DNA of 64,000 nucleotides from Spirochaetia bacterium (lineage in GTDB: Bacteria; Spirochaetota; Spirochaetia; SZUA-6; Bin103). The notes below the pieces were generated by a model, which saw only the letters and a list, made by a program, of their open reading frames with translations, did not search any database and was not told where the DNA came from. The position numbers were made by a program, and so were the translations under genes. The stretch is from assembly GCA_965198005.1 (NCBI GenBank), contig CBDAOI010000002.1, positions 832,001-896,000 on the forward strand. The letters run 5' to 3'. Of the stretch, positions 10,221-20,423 are shown in pieces; the stretch's first letter is position 1, and each line of letters starts with the position of its first letter.

Positions 10221-12139
10221 TGGCGAGCCATCTCGAGACCACCTTGCAAGAACTATCGGACATTCAGCGGAAGGCCGTGGAGTGGGACAACGGCCCTCTA
10301 CTCGTGCTGGCCGGTCCCGGTTCCGGCAAGACCCGCGTGCTCACTTGTCGGGTCGCCCGCCTGCTGCATCGATCGCCAGACGAGCGCTTCCGCGTTCTGG
10401 CGCTGACGTTCGCCACCAAGGCCGCCCACGAGATGGCGAGCCGCGTGACCACCCTTGCGCCCGGGCTCGAAGAACGCGCAGACATCCACACCTTCCACAG
10501 CTTCTGCGCACAGGTCCTGCGCCAGCATGGCGTGCATCTCGGCATCAAGCCCGACTTCGCGATCTACTCCCGGACATCCGACCGACAAGCCGTGTTGGAC
10601 GATGCCCTCGGGCGCGACTCCCACCATGTCGAGCGCGCGGACCGCCGGCTGTTGCCGCTGATCGACACCCTGAAGGCCCGGCTGGTCGGCCCGGAACAAG
10701 CTGAAAAGAGGGTTACCGAAAGGAACAACGCGTCGCCCGATGCAGCCTGCCGCGTGGCCCACGCTTACCGCCTGTACGAGGACGAACTTCGCCGCGCCAA
10801 CGCATTGGACTTCAACTCGCTCATATTCAAGGCGTACGAACTCTTCGCGTATCCGGCGATGGCCCGCCATTATCAGACAGTGTACCGGTACTGGATCATT
10901 GACGAATTCCAGGACACGAACGGCGCCCAATACGAGATTCTGCGGCGCATGGCAGGCGCGAACTTTCGCCAGATCTTCGCCGTGGCCGACGACGACCAGA
11001 CCATCTACGAGTGGAATGGCGCCAACGTCCGGCGGATCAGTACCCTGGTGGACAACTTCGCCTGTGAAGTCGTGCAACTGCCAACCAACTACCGCTGCCC
11101 GCCGCGCATCGTGGAGGCGGCCAATCGTCTCGTCGTGTACAATGCCCGGCGCGCCGAGTCGAAACGCCCGGCACAAGCGGCGCAGCGGAGTCGTTCTCTC
11201 GACAACCAGCAGATTCGGTGCCGCGTGTTCGAGACATGTGCGGACGAAGTACAGGGCATTGCCGGCGAGATTGCCTGTGTCGATGTCGCCGCACGCGGCC
11301 AGACGCTGGTGCTGTGCAGGACCCGGGCACTACTGGAGTTGATGGGGCAAGCCCTGCAAGCTAAGCGTGTCCCGGCGACGATTCTGGTGCGCCGCGACGA
11401 CTTTACGTCGCCCAAGATGAGGTGGCTGGTCGCCTGCCTCAAGCAGATCAACCGGCCGCTCGACCGGCGCAACATGGCCACGGTGGCCGAGACGTTTGGC
11501 AGCTTCGCGCCTGTCCCCCTGGACTTCGACGAGCTGTTGTCCCGGTCGGCGGTGGAGGATATGACGTACCTGTCGGTATGGACGAATGCAGCACGCCAAG
11601 CCGGGTTGCCGTCGCCCGCCGCGGAGATCGTCGACCTGGTTGCGGGTCTCGCCAGCGGAGACCTGAACCTCGCATCGGCAGCCGAGAATATCCTCAGTCA
11701 CTTCGAAAGCGATGAGTCCGACGAAGACCTCAAGGACGACCTCAGCGCGTGGCGCAGGTTGTGGGGTGAAATCATATCTGCTGTTGGGCCAACGTCGCTC
11801 GACCGATTTCTTCAGGAGCTGGAGCTACGCTCCAAGGAACCCGTTTCGACACCGGGAGCGGTCTCCCTCGCAACCATTCACGGCGCCAAGGGCCTGGAGT
11901 TTGACACCGTCTACTTGATCGGCATGGCGGAGGAGGTTCTGCCGTCCTGGCACAGTGTCATGCAGAGTAACGGCAGCGCCGCGCTGGAAGAGGAACGCCG
12001 CAACTGCTTCGTTGCCATCACCCGAACGAAGAAGCGCCTGATCCTGTCGCGGGCGCGGCAGTACAAGGGATGGCTGAAACGGCCGTCGCGCTTTCTCGCG
12101 GAAATGGGCTTGCTAAACGACCACCACCATGCGCAGTGA
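10217..12139 (+). CDS. UvrD/PcrA-family helicase (GajB-like partner of the OLD nuclease)
   Basis: AGPGSGKT, DEFQD, DDDQTIY, NYR, TIHGAKGLEF, EERR.CFVAITR; GTGA overlap with the OLD remnant. Confidence 0.9.
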   Translation: MMASHLETTLQELSDIQRKAVEWDNGPLLVLAGPGSGKTRVLTCRVARLLHRSPDERFRVLALTFATKAAHEMASRVTTLAPGLEERADIHTFHSFCAQVLRQHGVHLGIKPDFAIYSRTSDRQAVLDDALGRDSHHVERADRRLLPLIDTLKARLVGPEQAEKRVTERNNASPDAACRVAHAYRLYEDELRRANALDFNSLIFKAYELFAYPAMARHYQTVYRYWIIDEFQDTNGAQYEILRRMAGANFRQIFAVADDDQTIYEWNGANVRRISTLVDNFACEVVQLPTNYRCPPRIVEAANRLVVYNARRAESKRPAQAAQRSRSLDNQQIRCRVFETCADEVQGIAGEIACVDVAARGQTLVLCRTRALLELMGQALQAKRVPATILVRRDDFTSPKMRWLVACLKQINRPLDRRNMATVAETFGSFAPVPLDFDELLSRSAVEDMTYLSVWTNAARQAGLPSPAAEIVDLVAGLASGDLNLASAAENILSHFESDESDEDLKDDLSAWRRLWGEIISAVGPTSLDRFLQELELRSKEPVSTPGAVSLATIHGAKGLEFDTVYLIGMAEEVLPSWHSVMQSNGSAALEEERRNCFVAITRTKKRLILSRARQYKGWLKRPSRFLAEMGLLNDHHHAQ

Positions 12140-12155
12140 GGGGAAGAGGTCCGTT

Positions 12156-12345
12156 GTGACGACCGATGACTGCCGACTGATTGAGGACTACCTGCCGCTG
12201 AACGTGCTCAACGCTATTGCGGGGAGGGAGAAGAAGCATCCGAAACGGTACGTGGAGTTGGTTCACTACTGGCCGGCGCGCCGCCCGATTACTGCCTGCC
12301 GGGCCGCCATCTATGCCGCGCTGTCGGCGGCGCCTCGCACGGAGT
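12156..12345 (+). pseudogene. N-terminal remnant of a DUF1156-type adenine DNA methyltransferase
   Basis: RLIEDYLP...REK...VHYWPARRPITACRAAIYAAL fits the DUF1156 RLIE/REK/H.W.ARRP pattern, then breaks off. Confidence 0.75.
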
Positions 12346-12535
12346 GCGATCAACTATGTCGAACTATCCGACCTTCCGGACGCGCGTCTACGTTCGGTAC
12401 GTTCGGCAACCCGGCACGGGCCGCGCGGCGCGCGGGACAGACTGCGCCATGGGGTGTAGAATCAGGCCAACCACGGCCAGCGGGCTTCAGCAAGCTGGAG
12501 AAACCAGCCCGTTTGGCGCATTAGGACAATACAGC

Positions 12536-14134
12536 ATGCCCAGACTGACCGGCGGACAGGCGCTCGCGCGACAGTTGCGCGAGGAAGGCGTGCGGGTGAT
12601 CTTCGGACTGCCCGGCGTGCAGCTCTACCACCTGCTGGACGGCCTCTACGACCAGTCCGGCATCCGTTTCATCACCACCCGCCACGAGCAGGCAACCACC
12701 TACATGGCGGACGGCTACGCGCGCACCGGCGCCGGCATCGGCACCGCACTGGTGGTTCCCGGCCCCGGCCTGCAGAACGCCTCCGCCGGCATCGGCACCG
12801 CGTATTCCGCGTCCTCGCCGATCCTGGTGATTTCCGGGCAGGTGGAGCGCCGCCTGGTCGGGGGCGATCACGGCGCGTTGCACGAGATCAACGATCAACT
12901 CGATACGATCCGGCCGGTGATCAAGTGGGGCCGGCGGATTCTGCACGCGCGGGAGGTGCCGGAGGTGGTGCACGAAGCGTTCGTGCAACTCAAGTCGGGC
13001 CGCCCGCGCCCGGTGGAAATCGAGATCTCGCCCGAAACGCTGGCGGAGGAGGCGGAGGTCGAGCTGCTGGCGCCGGCCGCGGTAAACCGGCCCGCCGCCC
13101 CGACGGAGCAGATCGCGCGCGCCGTCGAGCTGCTGCGGAACGCGGCCAACCCGATGATCTGGGCCGGCGGCGGCGTGCACGCGGCGGACGCGCACGCGGC
13201 GCTGCTGCGGGTCGCGGAACACCTGCAGATTCCGGTGTACACCACCGCCGCCGGCAAGGGCGCCATCTCCGCCCGGCACCATCTGTCGATGGGGCCGACC
13301 AGCTTCCGCCGGGACCCGCACAAGGATCGTCTCGCCGAGCATGACCTGGTGTTCGCGGTGGGCAGCCGCCTGTTCCAACCCGGCGTGCCCGCCGGGCCGC
13401 AGGTGCTGCAGCTCGACGTCGACCCGGCCGAGATCGGGCGCAACTACGCGAACACGGTGGGCATGGCGGGCGACGCGCGCGCCACGCTGGAGCAGCTCTA
13501 CCACCGGCTGGTCCAGGCGACGCCCGCGCGGCCCAGCCGCACGGCGGAGTTGCAGGCGCGCCGGGCCGAACGGTTCCACCCCGACACCAAGCCGGAGCCG
13601 TTGCAGTCGTTCATGGACGCGATCCGTTCCGGCATCCCCGACGACGCCATCATCGTGCAGGGGTTCACCCAGCTCGGCTACTACAGCCGCGCCTATTGCC
13701 CGATCTACGAGCCGCGGTCGTACATCACCCCCGGCTACTTCGGGACGCTGGGCTACGCCTATCCCACTGCCCTGGGGGCCAAGGTCGCGCGGCCGGACAA
13801 GGTGGTGGTCGCCATCTCGGGCGACGGCGGCTTCATGTACAACGTGCAGGAGCTGGCCACGGCCGCCCGCTACGGGATCAACGCGGTGGTGATCGTGTTC
13901 AACGACAACGCGTTCGGCAACGTGCTGCGCGATCAGCGCACCCGCTTCAACGGCCGCGCCTACGGCTCGGAGCTGTCCAACCCCGACTTCATGAAGCTCG
14001 CCGACGCGTTCGGCGTGCGCGGCGTGCGGGTGGCCGAGGCCGACGCCCTGCAAGCGGCCCTGCAGGAGGCCTCGGCAACCGCGGCGCCGACCCTGATCGA
14101 GGTGCCGGTCGGCCCCCTGCCCTTCCCGTACTAG
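12536..14134 (+). CDS. Thiamine pyrophosphate-dependent enzyme (acetolactate synthase large-subunit family)
   Basis: IFGLPG, RHEQ, MADGYAR, PGPG, GDGGF...NDN TPP-binding motif. Confidence 0.9.
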   Translation: MPRLTGGQALARQLREEGVRVIFGLPGVQLYHLLDGLYDQSGIRFITTRHEQATTYMADGYARTGAGIGTALVVPGPGLQNASAGIGTAYSASSPILVISGQVERRLVGGDHGALHEINDQLDTIRPVIKWGRRILHAREVPEVVHEAFVQLKSGRPRPVEIEISPETLAEEAEVELLAPAAVNRPAAPTEQIARAVELLRNAANPMIWAGGGVHAADAHAALLRVAEHLQIPVYTTAAGKGAISARHHLSMGPTSFRRDPHKDRLAEHDLVFAVGSRLFQPGVPAGPQVLQLDVDPAEIGRNYANTVGMAGDARATLEQLYHRLVQATPARPSRTAELQARRAERFHPDTKPEPLQSFMDAIRSGIPDDAIIVQGFTQLGYYSRAYCPIYEPRSYITPGYFGTLGYAYPTALGAKVARPDKVVVAISGDGGFMYNVQELATAARYGINAVVIVFNDNAFGNVLRDQRTRFNGRAYGSELSNPDFMKLADAFGVRGVRVAEADALQAALQEASATAAPTLIEVPVGPLPFPY

Positions 14135-14376
14135 CTGGCCTGCGGGGGCTGTGGGGGCAGTTCGACGAGTGGGTGCGTGCGCTGGCGGACACCGGCGACC
14201 TGTATCGCCCGCTGGCTTGGCCGCCCGCGCATGCTTATCGGTTCCTGCAGAGCGTGCCGGAGCTGGAGCAAAGCGGGCTGTCGGTACGGGTGCCCAACTG
14301 GTGGCGCAAGCGGTCGCGGCCACAGGTGTCGGTCACGATCGGCACGCAGATGCCGGCGTGGGTGGGTGCCGATGCT
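14135..14376 (+). pseudogene. Shard(s) of a SWIM-associated type SNF2 helicase
   Basis: LAW.P.HAYRFLQSVPELEQSGLSVRVPNWW.KR.RPQVSVTIG resembles the region preceding the ATPase in these helicases. Confidence 0.5.
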
Positions 14377-14398
14377 GGAAGCGCTGCGCAGCGCCCCT

Positions 14399-14584
14399 AC
14401 CACCGTGAAGGAACCGGGCAAGACCGGAGCGCTGTGGCGTATCCACTGGAGCGTATGCCTGCCGTCGCTGGCGTGCGACTTCTTCAGGCTCACGCCAACC
14501 GAGGGGCCGGGCACCGGCGAATCGTTGGTTCAGTTCCCGATCCGCGCCGGCGATCATGTAGTGGCCGATCGCGGTTACTCGACG
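14399..14584 (+). mobile_element. IS4-family DDE transposase fragment
   Basis: TTVKEPGKTGALWRIH.S..LPSLACDFF.LT...GTGESL..FPI..GDHVVADRGYS. Confidence 0.65.
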
Positions 14585-15258
14585 TCAGGGTGCGAGCTGC
14601 AATGCAGATCGCCATGGACCTTGAAGAGATTAACGAGGAGTTCTTGAATGGCACAGGCGATTGGAAACCTCGAGGGATGATCGGCCCTTGGTGGGACGGG
14701 TACTTTGTCCCATTTGAAATTTCGTGGACGGTCCTACATTCGTAGCTCACGTCAGAAATAAGGGTTACGGCGGGATGACTCGTGGTCTTGCGGGTGCCGC
14801 GAATTACCCGACTCACCAACTCTCCTGGCAATCGTAATTGGGCTGGTGATAGCCCTGCCGGTCGGCATCTACTCGGCGATCCGCCAGGATACGCTCACTG
14901 ACTACGTAGGGCGCACCATCGCCATCATCGGCCTGGCAACCCCTAACTTCTGGCTGGGAACCATGGTCATGGTCTACCCAGCAATCTGGTGGAACTGGTC
15001 GCCACCGATGAGGCTGATCGCTTTCTCCGAAGACCCGCTGGGGAATCATGAGACACGCCGTCAAGAATGGCTGCGCCATGGCTCGCCCTCTGGCCTGGAT
15101 TTTGCCTGACCATTGTAGTTTATAGCCTGAACATGTTCGGCGACGCGGTGAGGGACCTGCTTGATCCCAGGCTGAGCGGTGGTGTTGGTGGTCTGGGAGC
15201 TCGCGGCATGAAGTTGGCCAAGCGAGCCATCAGGACAAGAGCAGAAAAAGGCCGATAA
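14584..15258 (+). pseudogene. Collapsed peptide ABC operon: two SBP shards, an OppB middle and an OppC tail
   Basis: VRVRAAMQIAMDLEEIN...GYFVPFE; FVDGPTFVAHVRN; ALPVGIYSAIRQDT..DY..R...GLATPNFWLG; APWLALWPG...NMFGDAVRDLLDPRL. Confidence 0.7.
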
Positions 15259-15293
15259 TCAGAAGTAGATTCTCTATCATCAGGAGGTGAGCG

Positions 15294-15755
15294 ATGTTCA
15301 AGTTCAAACGGTTGGATCACATAGGATTGGCAACGGCCGATGCCGAAAGATTCATCGATTTCTACTGCGGAATCCTCGGCTTTGAAGTCCGGGAGCGGTG
15401 GACGGTGAAAGGCCTTGAGCGGTTGAAAGAGGTGGCCAACCTTTCGCTCAACGCCCCGAAGGCCGGGGAAGATGGCCCGATCCTCGAACTGTTTTCGATC
15501 GACCCGGAGGCGCCGGCCGATCCCGATTACAAGGAACCTGCGCTGGAGCAGACCGGCTTTCGGCTCCTCGCGCTCGAAGTTGACGACGATGACATGGACG
15601 AAGCGATTGCCTATCTCGAGAGTAAGGGCATCGAAGTCCATTCGGCGCACCCGACCAATCCGGCTCGCTGGTTCAGGGACCCGGACGGGAACCAGATCGT
15701 CGTCTTCCCCTCCAGCGTCTATCAGATGTACCAGCGACTGGACGAAACGCATTAG
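15294..15755 (+). CDS. VOC/glyoxalase family protein
   Basis: LDHIGLAT.D...FY..ILGF, LELF, FRDPDGN; AGGAGG RBS. Confidence 0.85.
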   Translation: MFKFKRLDHIGLATADAERFIDFYCGILGFEVRERWTVKGLERLKEVANLSLNAPKAGEDGPILELFSIDPEAPADPDYKEPALEQTGFRLLALEVDDDDMDEAIAYLESKGIEVHSAHPTNPARWFRDPDGNQIVVFPSSVYQMYQRLDETH

Positions 15756-15813
15756 AATTAGATTAGTGCGCTTCTTGATGGCGGAAGCGCTCACCTCGCC
15801 GGCTGCGCACGGT

Positions 15814-17211
15814 CTACTCGTAGGCGTAGCTGCTGCCGCCGATGAACTCGCGCAGCAGCGAGTCGGACGGGACGATGCTCTCGTCGCGCCATTCGGGGAG
15901 CTGGTCGAACACGGCGGCGACGCGCCGGAGGCGGCTGCGGGCGTCGTCGTAGTCGCTGTCGCCGGAGGCGGCGAGGTGCGCGGCGAGCGCCTCCAGGTCG
16001 CCGGCCAGACGCGCCTTGAGGATCGGCAGCTCGTAGGCCAGGAAGCTGTTGACGATGGCGTCGGCGGTGTGCAGCCGGGCGATGATGTGGCGCACTTCGG
16101 CGCGCCGCACGTACTGCCAGTGGAGCACGGTCTGGCGCGCGTCGTAGTTGCGGAACTGGCGGTCGCGCACGATCCGGCGCAGCAGGCGCAGGTCCGGCCA
16201 GCGCACGAACGCGCCGCCCTCATCCTTGAGCTGGGACAGGGTCTCGACGTAGACGCCGACCTTGAGCTCATCCGGGATGCCGCGCGTCAGCTCCGGATAC
16301 AGGCCGTGCAGCGAATCGATCAGCACCGCCGCGTCCGGGTCCACCTGCACCGGCTGCGCCGCCGGGTACTGCCGGCCGCGCTTGAAGTCGTAGTGCGGGA
16401 TGCGCACCGTCTCACCGGCCAGGATGCGCGTCAGGTCGTGGTTGAACTGCTCCAGGTCGAGCGCCTGCGGGGTCTCGAAGTCGTAGTCGCCGCGCGGGTC
16501 GCGCGGATGCTGCTCGAGATCGTAGAAGTAGTTGTCCGCCGCAATCGCGTGCAGCCGCCAGCCGAGGTGCTCCAGACGTTGCCGCAGCTTCAGCGTGGTG
16601 GTGGTCTTGCCCGAGGCCGACGGGCCGGCCACGATCACCACCCGCGGCCGCGGGTCGCGCGCGGTGACCGCCGCCACCGCGCCGTCGATCTGGTGGCGGT
16701 AGAACTCCTCGGAGGCCTCGACCAGCGCGCGGTAGCCGCCGCCGTCGACCGCCGCGGCGAGGTCGGCCAGCCGGGTGCAGGCGTGGTCCACCGTCCACGA
16801 CAGCGTCTCCCACAGCACCTTGTAGGGGATGTTGCCGAACGAGTAGGTCAGCGAGGGGCGGCCCCGGCGCTTCAAGGCGTGCTCGTAGCGGTAGATGATG
16901 TAGGCCTTGGCGGTGCGCGCGTGACCGCGTTCGATCAGCACCTTCTCCACCAGGTCCTGCACTTCCTCCACGGTGGGCACGACGCCGGTGGCGCCCGCCG
17001 CACCGGCGGCAGCACCGCCGGCAGCACCGCCCGCCGCCGCCGCGCGCCGTTCCAGCAGCGCGGCCACCTCGCCGGCGACCAGCTCCGCCGGCGCCCGATC
17101 GCGGCCGCCGACCGCCACCGCGGCGCGGTACACCGCGAACGCGATCTTGTCGCGGTTGAACGGCACCAGCCGCCCGTCCCGCTTGACTATCGAAGGAAGC
17201 GAAGGAAGCAA
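15814..17211 (-). CDS. ATP-cone domain fused to a uridine/nucleoside kinase-like P-loop domain
   Basis: IVKRDGR.VPF...KI..A...VEEVQDLVE.VL...AKAYIIYR; AGPSASGKTT, DNYF, RLLRRIVRD, YELP; TTG start inferred. Confidence 0.75.
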   Translation of the reverse strand: MLPSLPSIVKRDGRLVPFNRDKIAFAVYRAAVAVGGRDRAPAELVAGEVAALLERRAAAAGGAAGGAAAGAAGATGVVPTVEEVQDLVEKVLIERGHARTAKAYIIYRYEHALKRRGRPSLTYSFGNIPYKVLWETLSWTVDHACTRLADLAAAVDGGGYRALVEASEEFYRHQIDGAVAAVTARDPRPRVVIVAGPSASGKTTTTLKLRQRLEHLGWRLHAIAADNYFYDLEQHPRDPRGDYDFETPQALDLEQFNHDLTRILAGETVRIPHYDFKRGRQYPAAQPVQVDPDAAVLIDSLHGLYPELTRGIPDELKVGVYVETLSQLKDEGGAFVRWPDLRLLRRIVRDRQFRNYDARQTVLHWQYVRRAEVRHIIARLHTADAIVNSFLAYELPILKARLAGDLEALAAHLAASGDSDYDDARSRLRRVAAVFDQLPEWRDESIVPSDSLLREFIGGSSYAYE

Positions 17212-17221
17212 CCGAACAGAA

Positions 17222-19000
17222 TCAGCGGCGTTCGGCCACCCGTTGCCGGAACAGGTCCACGCACGCCTCGAACTCCAGCCCGCCGGTCTGCTCGCCCGAC
17301 CGGTCACGCAGCGAGACCGTGCCGGCCGCCTGCTCCTGCGCGCCCACGATCACCATGTACGGCACCTTCTGCCCCTGGGCGGTACGGATCTTGGCGCCCA
17401 TGCGGTTGTCGCTGAGGTCCGCCTCCACCCGGAAGCCGGCGCCGCCCAGGCGCGCGGCAACCGCGCCGGCATACTCGCCCGCCTTGGGGTTGACCGGGAT
17501 CACCACCGCCTGCACCGGCGCCAGCCACAGCGGAAACGCGCCGCCGTAGTGCTCGATCAGCACGCCCAGGAACCGCTCCAGCGCGCCGTGCAGGGCGCGG
17601 TGCACCATGAACGGGCGCCGCCGGGAGCCGTCGCGGTCGACGAACGACATGTCGAACCGTTCCGGCAGGTTGAAGTCGAACTGGATGGTGGTCATCTGCC
17701 ACAGCCGTCCCAGCGGGTCGCGCACGTGCAGGTCGATCTTGGGTCCGTAGAACGCGCCGCCGCCCTCGTCCACCTGGTACTCCAGCTCCTGCAGCTCGAT
17801 CGCCTGACGCAGCGACGCGGTGGCCCGGTCCCAACTGGCGTCGTCGCCCACCGCCTTGTCCGGCCGCGTGGACAGATGCGCGACCAGGTCGTGGAACCCG
17901 TACGCCTGCCACATGCGTATCGAGAACCGCAGCACCTCCCGGATCTCATCCTCGATCTGCTCCGGCGCACAGAAGATGTGGGCGTCGTCCTGGGTCAGGC
18001 CGCGCACCCGCAACGTGCCGTGCAGCGTGCCCGAACGCTCGTAGCGGTACACCGTGCCCAGCTCCGCCCAGCGCACCGGCAGGTCGCGGTAGGAGCGGAG
18101 GTCGCTCTTGTAGATCATGATGTGGAACGGACAGTTCATCGGCTTGAGGTAGTAGCTGTTGTTGTCCAGCTCCATCTTCGGGAACATGTTGGCGGCGTAG
18201 AAGTCGAGGTGGCCCGAGGTGCGCCACAGCCACTCGCGGCCGACGTGCGGGGTGTTGACCAGCTCGTAGCCGCCGGCGTAGTGCTGCTGCTTCCAGAAGT
18301 CCTCAATGATCGAACGCAGCCGGGCGCCCTTGGGATGCCAGAAGATCAGTCCCGGGCCCACCTGCTCCTGCACCGAGAACAGGCCCAGCTCCCGCCCCAG
18401 CCGGCGGTGGTCGCGCTGCTCGATCTGCACCAGCCGCTCCAGGTAGGCGGCCAGTTCCTGCTCGGTCTCCCAGGCGGTACCGTAGATGCGCTGCAGCATC
18501 GGCCGCCGCTCGTCGCCGCGCCAGTACGCTCCGGCGCTGCCGGTGAGCTTGAACGCGCGCGCGTTGAGCTCGCGCGTGCTGGCGACGTGCGGGCCGCGGC
18601 ACAGATCGGTGAAGCTGTCCTGCGTGAACTGCGAGATCTCCTCCCCCTCCGGGATATCGCCGATCAGCTCCAGCTTGTACGGCTGCCCGGCATACCGCTC
18701 CAACGCCTCGGCGCGGCTGATCACGCTGCGCTCGAAGCGGTGATCGCCGCCCAGGATGCGCCGCATGCGCGTCCCGGTCTGCTCCAGATCCTCCGGGGTG
18801 AGCGGGCGCGGCAGATCGAAGTCGTAGTAGAAGCCGTCCGCGATCGGGGGGCCGATCGCCAGCTTGGCGTCGGGAAACAGCTCCAGCACCGCCTCCGCCA
18901 TCACGTGGGCAAACGAGTGGCGGATGCGGTACAGACGGTCGGCGCCGGCGGCGGCGACCGCCACGTCGCCGGCTACGCCGCCGGGCGGATGAGCGGCCAC
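17222..19000 (-). CDS. thrS: Threonine--tRNA ligase (short form lacking the TGS domain)
   Basis: RHS.AH, DLCRGPHV, RDHRRLG, KPMNCP.H, GAFYGPKID, MVHRA; exact start uncertain. Confidence 0.96.
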   Translation of the reverse strand: MAAHPPGGVAGDVAVAAAGADRLYRIRHSFAHVMAEAVLELFPDAKLAIGPPIADGFYYDFDLPRPLTPEDLEQTGTRMRRILGGDHRFERSVISRAEALERYAGQPYKLELIGDIPEGEEISQFTQDSFTDLCRGPHVASTRELNARAFKLTGSAGAYWRGDERRPMLQRIYGTAWETEQELAAYLERLVQIEQRDHRRLGRELGLFSVQEQVGPGLIFWHPKGARLRSIIEDFWKQQHYAGGYELVNTPHVGREWLWRTSGHLDFYAANMFPKMELDNNSYYLKPMNCPFHIMIYKSDLRSYRDLPVRWAELGTVYRYERSGTLHGTLRVRGLTQDDAHIFCAPEQIEDEIREVLRFSIRMWQAYGFHDLVAHLSTRPDKAVGDDASWDRATASLRQAIELQELEYQVDEGGGAFYGPKIDLHVRDPLGRLWQMTTIQFDFNLPERFDMSFVDRDGSRRRPFMVHRALHGALERFLGVLIEHYGGAFPLWLAPVQAVVIPVNPKAGEYAGAVAARLGGAGFRVEADLSDNRMGAKIRTAQGQKVPYMVIVGAQEQAAGTVSLRDRSGEQTGGLEFEACVDLFRQRVAERR

Positions 19001-19004
19001 GGGG

Positions 19005-20423
19005 CTAGCCGCGGCGCCGCTTGCGGCTGATGCGGCGCGGCTGGATTCGGGTCACGGCCAAATCCTGGTTCGGGGTGCTGCCCGCGGGCCCGCCGGTGCT
19101 GCCGCCCGCGTCCGCCGGCGCCGGGCTGTCCGTGACCGCGTCGCGCTGCGTTCTGCCGCCGGGACCGGGCGCCGCGGGTTGCGGCTGCGCTCCCTCGGCC
19201 GCCGCCCGCGCACTGCGGCGCTGGTGCACGCGGCGCCAGGCCAGCACGGTCGGCGCAGCCACGAACATGGAGGAGTAGGTTCCCACCACCACCCCGATGA
19301 TCAGGGCGAGCGCGAAGGTCCGGATCGACGAGGTGCCGAAGATGTAGATCGCGCTCACCGCCAGCAGGGTGGTCACCGACGTGATGATGGTGCGGGCGAG
19401 CGACTGCGTGATGCTGGTGTTGATCACCACCTCGAAGTCCGCGTCCCGCATCAGCGTTTCGTTCTCGCGTACGCGGTCGAAGATCACGATGGTGTCGTTG
19501 AGCGAGTAGCCGACGATGGTCAGGACCGCGGCGATGGTGGCGGTGCTGATCTCGAACTGCAGCGTGCCGAGCACCCCCAGCATAATCGCGATGTCGTGCA
19601 CCAGCGCCAGGATCGCGCCTACCGCGAACGCGATCCGGAACCGGAACAGGATATAGATGAAGATCAGGGTGAACGCGACCACGACCAGCCACACCGCCTG
19701 CTCTCCCAGCACCCGGGACAGACTGGGCCCGACGAAATCGGTCTGCTGCACGGTAATCCGTTCCGCGCCGAACGCGTCCGCCAGCAGGGAGAAGACGCGG
19801 CCGGTGGTCGCCGCTTCGGACGGCGCCTCGCCCGCCGCCGCGGGCAGCAGCTCGGCGCGCACGATGTAACGCTGCTCACCCGGGTTGCCGATCGCCTGCA
19901 GCGCGAAGGTCTCCAGCGGCGCCAGCGCCGTGCGCACCGCCTCGATCGGGGCGTCGGGTGGCGCCGACACGTCCCGGAAGCCGAGCACCAAGCGCCGCCC
20001 CGCCTCGCGGAATCCCGGCGGCTGGAGCTGGGTGGCCGGGATGTCCGCCGGCGCCGCCAACTCCACCTCCACGCCGGGTATGGTGGCCAGCTCGCCGGCA
20101 ATCGCGCCGATGGTCGGGAACGCCGCGAAGTCGAGCACGCGCCGCCGCACGGTGCCCTCCTGCAGCCACTCGACGGTCAGGAACCCGGGGCGCCCGAGCA
20201 GCGGGTCGGGCGGCGTAAGCTCCGGCTCGAGGGCGACGCCGGCGTCAGCGATCGCCAGCGCCACCGGTGCGATCTGAATCTGCTGCGCCACGCCGCCGCT
20301 CAGATCGACGCTCAGGTTCACGCCGCCGCGCGCCACCGTACCCAGCACCCCGGCGGCGATCAGCACCAGGGACAGCGCCGCCATCGGGTAGCGGATGCGG
20401 GTGAAGGGTATCACCTGTCTCAT
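19005..20423 (-). CDS. secF: Protein translocase subunit SecF
   Basis: VGP, HD, GYSLNDTIVIFDRVREN, RTIITS, GTYSS. Confidence 0.94.
   Translation of the reverse strand: MRQVIPFTRIRYPMAALSLVLIAAGVLGTVARGGVNLSVDLSGGVAQQIQIAPVALAIADAGVALEPELTPPDPLLGRPGFLTVEWLQEGTVRRRVLDFAAFPTIGAIAGELATIPGVEVELAAPADIPATQLQPPGFREAGRRLVLGFRDVSAPPDAPIEAVRTALAPLETFALQAIGNPGEQRYIVRAELLPAAAGEAPSEAATTGRVFSLLADAFGAERITVQQTDFVGPSLSRVLGEQAVWLVVVAFTLIFIYILFRFRIAFAVGAILALVHDIAIMLGVLGTLQFEISTATIAAVLTIVGYSLNDTIVIFDRVRENETLMRDADFEVVINTSITQSLARTIITSVTTLLAVSAIYIFGTSSIRTFALALIIGVVVGTYSSMFVAAPTVLAWRRVHQRRSARAAAEGAQPQPAAPGPGGRTQRDAVTDSPAPADAGGSTGGPAGSTPNQDLAVTRIQPRRISRKRRRG

Noticed and set aside
12440-12530. Possible TPP riboswitch before the TPP-dependent enzyme
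   Set aside because: Has GGGGTG and a hairpin but lacks the CTGAGA and ACCTGA...AGGGA core; better read as a promoter (TAGAAT) plus a leader stem-loop
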